Source of the DNA: Trichodesmium erythraeum IMS101
GTDB lineage: Bacteria; Cyanobacteriota; Cyanobacteriia; Cyanobacteriales; Microcoleaceae
Assembly: GCF_000014265.1 (NCBI RefSeq)
Contig: NC_008312.1
Span: 2,340,001-2,372,000 of the forward strand
Direction of reading: 5' to 3'
Length of the DNA stretch: 32,000 bases
Shown: positions 9,456 through 16,900 of the stretch, piece after piece
How the letters are laid out: each line of letters opens with the position of its first letter
How positions within the stretch are numbered: the first letter of the stretch is position 1
The notes under the pieces: model-generated
What the model was told of the DNA's origin: nothing
Database searches by the model: none
Seen by the model: the letters and a program-made list of their open reading frames with translations, nothing else
Program-made: the position numbers and the translations under genes

Positions 9456-12400
9456 CATTTTTTTGAGATGAAATGATTTTTAGGAGGTTGTTTGATGTTT
9501 AAGGTTGGCAACTATATTTGGTGATTTATTGAAGAGCGATCGCTAAACTGGCTACTACCTAAAATCTGCAAGTTAAAACCTACAACTTCTTAAGGAATGT
9601 AATAAGTTGATTCAAAATAATAAGCTAAAAACTACAGGGTTGTTTCCCTGAATAGGTTGTTAAAGTAATGTTTGAAAAGTCAATTTTTTGAGATGAAAGG
9701 ATTTTTAGGAGGTTGTTTGATGTTTAAGGTTGGCAACTATATTTGGTGATTTATTGAAGAGCGATCGCTAAACTGGCTACTACCTAAAATCTGCAAGTTA
9801 AAACCTACAACTTCTTAAGGAATGTAATAAGTTGATTCAAAATAATAAGCTAAAAACTACAGGGTTGTTTCCCTGAATAGGTTGTTAAAGTAATGTTTGA
9901 AAAGTCAATTTTTTGAGATGAAAGGAATTTTAGGAGGTTATTTAATATTTAAGGTTGGCAACTATATTTGGTGATTTCTTGAAGAGCGATCGCTAAACTG
10001 GCTACTACCTAAAATCTGCAAGTTAAAACCTACAACTTCTTAAGGAAAGTAATAAGTTGATTCAAAATAATAAGCTAAAAACTACAGGGTTGTTTCCCTG
10101 AATAGGTTGTTAAAGTAATGTTTGAAAAGTCAATTTTTTGAGATGAAAGGATTTTTAGGAGGTTGTTTGATGTTTAAGGTTGGCAACTATATTTGGTGAT
10201 TTCTTGAAGAGCGATCGCTAAACTGGCTACTACCTAAAATCTGCAGGTTAAAACCTACAACTTCTTAAGGAAAGTAATAAGTTGATTCAAAATAATAAGC
10301 TAAAAACTACAGGGTTGTTTGCCTGAATAGGTTGTTAAAGTAATTTTTGAAAAGTCAATTTTTTGAGATGAAAGGAATTTTAGGAGGTTATTTAATATTT
10401 AAGGTTGGCAACTATATTTGGTGATTTCTTGAAGAGCGATCGCTAAACTGGCTACTACCTAAAATCTGCAGGTTAAAACCTACAACTTCTTAAGGAAAGT
10501 AATAAGTTGATTCAAAATAATAAGCTAAAAACTACAGGGTTGTTTGCCTGAATAGGTTGTTAAAGTAATTTTTGAAAAGTCAATTTTTTGAGATGAAAGG
10601 AATTTTAGGAGGTTATTTAATATTTAAGGTTGGCAACTATATTTGGTGATTTCTTGAAGAGCGATCGCTAAACTGGCTACTACCTAAAATCTGCAAGTTA
10701 AAACCTACAACTTCTTAAGGAAAGTAATAAGTTGATTCAAAATAATAAGCTAAAAACTACAGGGTTGTTTCCCTGAATAGGTTGTTAAAGTAATGTTTGA
10801 AAAGTCAATTTTTTGAGATGAAAGGATTTTTAGGAGGTTGTTTGATGTTTAAGGTTGGCAACTATATTTGGTGATTTCTTGAAGAGCGATCGCTAAACTG
10901 GCTACTACCTAAAATCTGCAGGTTAAAACCTACAACTTCTTAAGGAAAGTAATAAGTTGATTCAAAATAATAAGCTAAAAACTACAGGGTTGTTTGCCTG
11001 AATAGGTTGTTAAAGTAATTTTTGAAAAGTCAATTTTTTGAGATGAAAGGAATTTTAGGAGGTTATTTAATATTTAAGGTTGGCAACTATATTTGGTGAT
11101 TTCTTGAAGAGCGATCGCTAAACTGGCTACTACCTAAAATCTGCAAGTTAAAACCTACAACTTCTTAAGGAAAGTAATAAGTTGATTCAAAATAATAAGC
11201 TAAAAACTACAGGGTTGTTTCCCTGAATAGGTTGTTAAAGTAATGTTTGAAAAGTCAATTTTTTGAGATGAAAGGATTTTTAGGAGGTTGTTTGATGTTT
11301 AAGGTTGGCAACTATATTTGGTGATTTCTTGAAGAGCGATCGCTAAACTGGCTACTACCTAAAATCTGCAAGTTAAAACCTACAACTTCTTAAGGAATGT
11401 AATAAGTTGATTCAAAATAATAAGCTAAAAACTACAGGGTTGTTTGCCTGAATAGGTTGTTAAAGTAATGTTTGAAAAGTCAATTTTTTGAGATGAAAGG
11501 ATTTTTAGGAGGTTGTTTGATGTTTAAGGTTGGCAACTATATTTGGTGATTTCTTGAAGAGCGATCGCTAAACTGGCTACTACCTAAAATCTGCAGGTTA
11601 AAACCTACAACTTCTTAAGGAAAGTAATAAGTTGATTCAAAATAATAAGCTAAAAACTACAGGGTTGTTTGCCTGAATAGGTTGTTAAAGTAATTTTTGA
11701 AAAGTCAATTTTTTGAGATGAAAGGAATTTTAGGAGGTTATTTAATATTTAAGGTTGGCAACTATATTTGGTGATTTCTTGAAGAGCGATCGCTAAACTG
11801 GCTACTACCTAAAATCTGCAAGTTAAAACCTACAACTTCTTAAGGAAAGTAATAAGTTGATTCAAAATAATAAGCTAAAAACTACAGGGTTGTTTGCCTG
11901 AATAGGTTGTTAAAGTAATTTTTGAAAAGTCAATTTTTTGAGATGAAAGGAATTTTAGGAGGTTATTTAATATTTAAGGTTGGCAACTATATTTGGTGAT
12001 TTCTTGAAGAGCGATCGCTAAACTGGCTACTACCTAAAATCTGCAAGTTAAAACCTACAACTTCTTAAGGAAAGTAATAAGTTGATTCAAAATAATAAGC
12101 TAAAAACTACAGGGTTGTTTCCCTGAATAGGTTGTTAAAGTAATGTTTGAAAAGTCAATTTTTTGAGATGAAAGGATTTTTAGGAGGTTGTTTGATGTTT
12201 AAGGTTGGCAACTATATTTGGTGATTTATTGAAGAGCGATCGCTAAACTGGCTACTACCTAAAATCTGCAGGTTAAAACCTACAACTTCTTAAGGAAAGT
12301 AATAAGTTGATTCAAAATAATAAGCTAAAAACTACAGGGTTGTTTGCCTGAATAGGTTGTTAAAGTAATTTTTGAAAAGTCAATTTTTTGAGATGAAAGG

Positions 12401-12932
12401 AATTTTAGGAGGTTATTTAATATTTAAGGTTGGCAACTATATTTGGTGATTTCTTGAAGAGCGATCGCTAAACTGGCTACTACCTAAAATCTGCAAGTTA
12501 AAACCTACAACTTCTTAAGGAAAGTAATAAGTTGATTCAAAATAATAAGCTAAAAACTACAGGGTTGTTTCCCTGAATAGGTTGTTAAAGTAATGTTTGA
12601 AAAGTCAATTTTTTGAGATGAAAGGATTTTTAGGAGGTTGTTTGATGTTTAAGGTTGGCAACTATATTTGGTGATTTCTTGAAGAGCGATCGCTAAACTG
12701 GCTACTACCTAAAATCTGCAGGTTAAAACCTACAACTTCTTAAGGAAAGTAATAAGTTGATTCAAAATAATAAGCTAAAAACTACAGGGTTGTTTGCCTG
12801 AATAGGTTGTTAAAGTAATGTTTGAAAAGTCAATTTTTTGAGATGAAAGGAATTTTAGGAGGTTGTTTGATGTTTAAGGTTGGCAACTATATTTGGTGAT
12901 TTCTTGAAGAGCGATCGCTAAACTGGCTACTA
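9456..12932. repeat. tandem array of about 15.5 units of 225 bp, non-coding, more than 95% identical
   Basis: GCGATCGC lies at 9536, 9761, 9986, 10211, 10436, 10661, 10886, 11111, 11336, 11561, 11786, 12011, 12236, 12461, 12686 and 12911, exactly 225 bp apart each time. Units differ at about 10 sites. Stops occur in all three plus-strand frames of the unit, and the ORF track shows no ORF on either strand. Confidence 0.98.
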
Positions 12933-13002
12933 CCTAATACCTAATACCTAATACCTGCTACCTAATACCTAATACCTAACACCTAAAACCTGCTACCTAA
13001 CA
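12933..13002 (+). repeat. 10 in-phase heptamers (CCTAATA / CCTGCTA / CCTAACA / CCTAAAA)
   Basis: Read directly. The last, truncated 225-bp unit runs straight into this array at ..ggctacta|cctaata... Confidence 0.9.
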
Positions 13003-13008
13003 TTGCTA

Positions 13009-13017
13009 TGCTATAAT
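13009..13017 (+). promoter_or_regulatory. extended -10 element TGCTATAAT, candidate promoter of the Uma2 gene
   Basis: Exact TGnTATAAT, ending 37 nt upstream of the ATG at 13054. No clear -35. Confidence 0.35.
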
Positions 13018-13053
13018 TTCAATCATTCCTAATTAGTTATAAGGTGAAGGTCA

Positions 13054-13818
13054 ATGGTTTTAACTGCCCAACAACTAGAGGCAATAATGCCAGATGCTAC
13101 TCAACTAGAAAGTGAGGAGCCAGAGATGGAAAGCTCTCAACACTATATGCAACTGATATTGCTGGTCATTTGCCTAGAATGGCTGTGGCGCAATAGTAAT
13201 GATTACTTTATCGGTGCTAACCTCACTATTTATTACAGTCGACAGCAACTAAAAAATCGTGATTTTCGGGGTCCTGACTTTTTCTTGGTGAAGCAAACCC
13301 AGAAGCGACCTCGCAAGTCCTGGGTAGTTTGGGAGGAAAACGGTCAATATCCTAATTTAATTATTGAGTTACTATCGGGCTCTACTGCTAAGGTGGATCG
13401 CAATTTGAAAAAAGGGTTATATCAAGATAATTTCCGCACCCCAGAATATTTTTGGTTTGACCCGGAAACATTGGAGTTTATGGGGTTTCGTCTACAAAAT
13501 AATCAGTATGAAGAAATTCAGTTGAATAACCAAGGTTGGCGTTGGAGTCAAGAATTAGAACTATACTTGGGTGTTGATGAAAGTCAATTACGTTATTTTA
13601 CTGCTAATGGTGAACGGGTCCCAACTCCCCAGGAAGCAATGAGACAAGAACAGTTGGTAGCTAGACAGGCTCGGTTACAGGCTGAACAAGAGCGAGAGCG
13701 GGCTCAAAAAGCTGAGTCTCAAGCCAAAAAAGCTCAGTTACAGGCTGAACAGGAGCGAGAGCGGGGAGAACGCCTAGCTCAACGGCTGCGAGAACTGGGT
13801 GTCGATGCTGAACTATAA
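13054..13818 (+). CDS. Uma2-family (DUF820) putative PD-(D/E)xK-fold endonuclease with a C-terminal coiled-coil tail
   Basis: 254 aa. Family-typical blocks are SQHYMQLILLVICLEWLW, YFIGANLTIYYS, PDFFLV, YPNLIIELLSGSTAKVDRNLKKGLYQDNFRTPEYFWFDPETLEF. The tail contains a duplicated LQAEQERER segment. Confidence 0.85.
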   Translation: MVLTAQQLEAIMPDATQLESEEPEMESSQHYMQLILLVICLEWLWRNSNDYFIGANLTIYYSRQQLKNRDFRGPDFFLVKQTQKRPRKSWVVWEENGQYPNLIIELLSGSTAKVDRNLKKGLYQDNFRTPEYFWFDPETLEFMGFRLQNNQYEEIQLNNQGWRWSQELELYLGVDESQLRYFTANGERVPTPQEAMRQEQLVARQARLQAEQERERAQKAESQAKKAQLQAEQERERGERLAQRLRELGVDAEL

Positions 13819-13882
13819 GTTACTGGATAAGTTAGAGCTTCCGCAAATTCACATAAGGACTCTTATCTTTAAACTGCTAACA

Positions 13883-13910
13883 CCTGCGACCTAAAACCTA
13901 ATACCTAAAC
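13883..13910 (+). repeat. 4 heptamers (CCTGCGA CCTAAAA CCTAATA CCTAAAC) directly upstream of the CHAT gene start
   Basis: Read directly. It ends 5 nt before the ATG at 13916. Confidence 0.8.
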
Positions 13911-13915
13911 TAACC

Positions 13916-16900
13916 ATGCAACAACTTTTGCTCATTAAAAAAATACTTTTCAAATTAGGGCGGAGTTTTCTCCAACTACTGCTTATCGTTTTTGTTGGTT
14001 TGCCTCTGGCGGCGTTAATGTTGATATTTCCGTCGTTGCGGCGGAGGTTGTTACCTAAAACTCAAAATGAAATTTACGATCGCTTAAGTTCAACTGTTGG
14101 TACTAGAGAAAAATTACCAGATCAGCTTCTTTCTCAACTAGATTTTTTAATCCAAGTATTGCGGGTAACTGCAGAAAGTAATGGTGACTCGAAGGTTGTC
14201 TACCCATTCCTGCAGCAAAACTTAGATAAACTTGATGATAACTTTGCTGATATATTGCGAAACTGGGCAACTGCTAATTTTTCTGAAGTGGAGGCGGATG
14301 TAGCAAAAAGCATTGCTATAGATATTATTGACTTCAGTTACAACATTCAGGAATTTCCTCTGGGCAGCAAAGCAAACAACATGGAAATTAGCATTGCAGG
14401 TTATGAAGTAGTGCTAAAAGTTTTTACATATAAGAGTCACCGGGAAAAGTGGGCAATGACTCAAAATAATCTCGGCGTTGCCTACAGTAAGAGAATAAGG
14501 GGAGACAAAGCCGAAAATATTGAAGCCGCCATTGCTGCATACCAACAAGCTTTGCTGGTGTACACCCAAACTGACTTCCCCATCAACTGGGCAATGACTC
14601 AATATAATCTCGGCATTGCCTACAGTGACAGAATAAGGGGAGACAAAGCCGAAAATATTGAAGCCGCCATTGCTGCATACCAACAAGCTTTGCTGGTGTA
14701 CACCCAAACTGACTTCCCCATGGACTGGGCAATGACTCAAAATAATCTCGGCATTGCCTACAGAAACAGAATAAGGGGAGACAAAGCCGAAAATATTGAA
14801 GCCGCCATTGCTGCATACCAACAAGCTTTGCTGGTGCGCACCCAAACTGACTTCCCCATGGACTGGGCAATGACTCAAAATAATCTCGGCATTGCCTACA
14901 GAGACAGAATAAGGGGAGACAAAGCCCAAAATATTGAAGCCGCCATTGCTGCATACCAACAAGCTTTGCTGGTGTACACCCAAACTGACTTCCCCATGGA
15001 CTGGGCAAGAACTCAAAATAATCTCGGCATTGCCTACAGAGACAGAATAAGGGGAGACAAAGCCCAAAATATTGAAGCCGCCATTGCTGCATACCAACAA
15101 GCTTTGCTGGTGTACACCCAAACAGACTTCCCCATCAACTGGGCAATGACTCAATATAATCTCGGCATTGCCTACAGTGACAGAATAAGGGGAGACAAAG
15201 CCGAAAATATTGAAGCCGCCATTGCTGCATACCAACAAGCTTTGCTGGTGTACACCCAAACAGACTTCCCCATGGACTGGGCAATGACTCAAAATAATCT
15301 CGGCATTGCCTACAGAGACAGAATAAGGGGAGACAAAGCCCAAAATATTGAAGCCGCCATTGCTGCATACCAACAAGCTTTGCTGGTGTACACCCAAACA
15401 GACTTCCCCATGGACTGGGCAATGACTCAAAATAATCTCGGCATTGCCTACAGAGACAGAATAAGGGGAGACAAAGCCCAAAATATTGAAGCCGCCATTG
15501 CTGCATACCAACAAGCTTTGCTGGTGTACACCCAAACAGACTTCCCCATCAACTGGGCAATGACTCAATATAATCTCGGCATTGCCTACAGTGACAGAAT
15601 AAGGGGAGACAAAGCCGAAAATATTGAAGCCGCCATTGCTGCATACCAACAAGCTTTGCTGGTGTACACCCAAACTGACTTCCCCATGGACTGGGCAATG
15701 ACTCAAAATAATCTCGGCATTGCCTACAGAAACAGAATAAGGGGAGACAAAGCCGAAAATATTGAAGCCGCCATTGCTGCATACCAACAAGCTTTGCTGG
15801 TGCGCACCCAAACTGACTTCCCCATGGACTGGGCAATGACTCAAAATAATCTCGGCAATGCCTACAGAGACAGAATAAGGGGAGACAAAGCGGAAAATAT
15901 TGAAGCTGCCATTGCTGCATACCAACAAGCTTTGCTGGTGCGCACCCAAACAGACTTCCCCATGGACTGGGCAATGACTCAAAATAATCTCGGCATTGCC
16001 TACAGTGACAGAATAAGGGGAGACAAAGCCGAAAATATTGAAGCCGCCATTGCTGCATTCCAACAAGCTTTGCTGGTGCGCACCCAAACAGACTTCCCCA
16101 TCAACTGGGCAACAACTCAAAATAATCTCGGCCTTGCCTACAGTGACAGAATAAGGGGAGACAAAGCCGAAAATATTGAAGCTGCCATTGCTGCATACCA
16201 ACAAGCTTTGCTGGTGCGCACCCAAACAGACTTCCCCATGGACTGGGCAATGACTCAAAATAATCTCGGCATTGCCTACAGTGACAGAATAAGGGGAGAC
16301 AAAGCCGAAAATATTGAAGCCGCCATTGCTGCATTCCAACAAGCTTTGCTGGTGCGCACCCAAACAGACTTCCCCATCAACTGGGCAACAACTCAAAATA
16401 ATCTCGGCCTTGCCTACAGTGACAGAATAAGGGGAGACAAAGCCGAAAATATTGAAGCTGCCATTGCTGCATTCCAACAAGCTTTGCTGGTGTACACCCA
16501 AACTGACTTCCCCATGGACTGGGCAATGACTCAAAATAATCTCGGCAATGCCTACAGAGACAGAATAAGGGGAGACAAAGCCGAAAATATTGAAGCCGCC
16601 ATTGCTGCATGCCAACAAGCTTTGCTGGTGTACACCCAAACAGACTTCCCCATGGACTGGGCAATGACTCAAAATAATCTCGGCATTGCCTACAGAAACA
16701 GAATAAGGGGAGACAAAGCCGAAAATATTGAAGCCGCCATTGCTGCATACCAACAAGCTTTGCTGGTGCGCACCCAAACTGACTTCCCCATGGACTGGGC
16801 AATGACTCAAAATAATCTCGGCAATGCCTACAGTGACAGAATAAGGGGAGACAAAGCCCAAAATATTGAAGCCGCCATTGCTGCATGCCAACAAGCTTTG

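Noticed and set aside
9456-12932. CRISPR array, or a decayed protein-coding repeat, as explanations for the 225-bp array
   Set aside because: The whole 225 bp is repeated with no unique spacers, and no cas genes are present. Although 225 is a multiple of 3, every plus-strand frame hits a stop within the first 70 nt of the unit, and the ORF track shows nothing on the minus strand.
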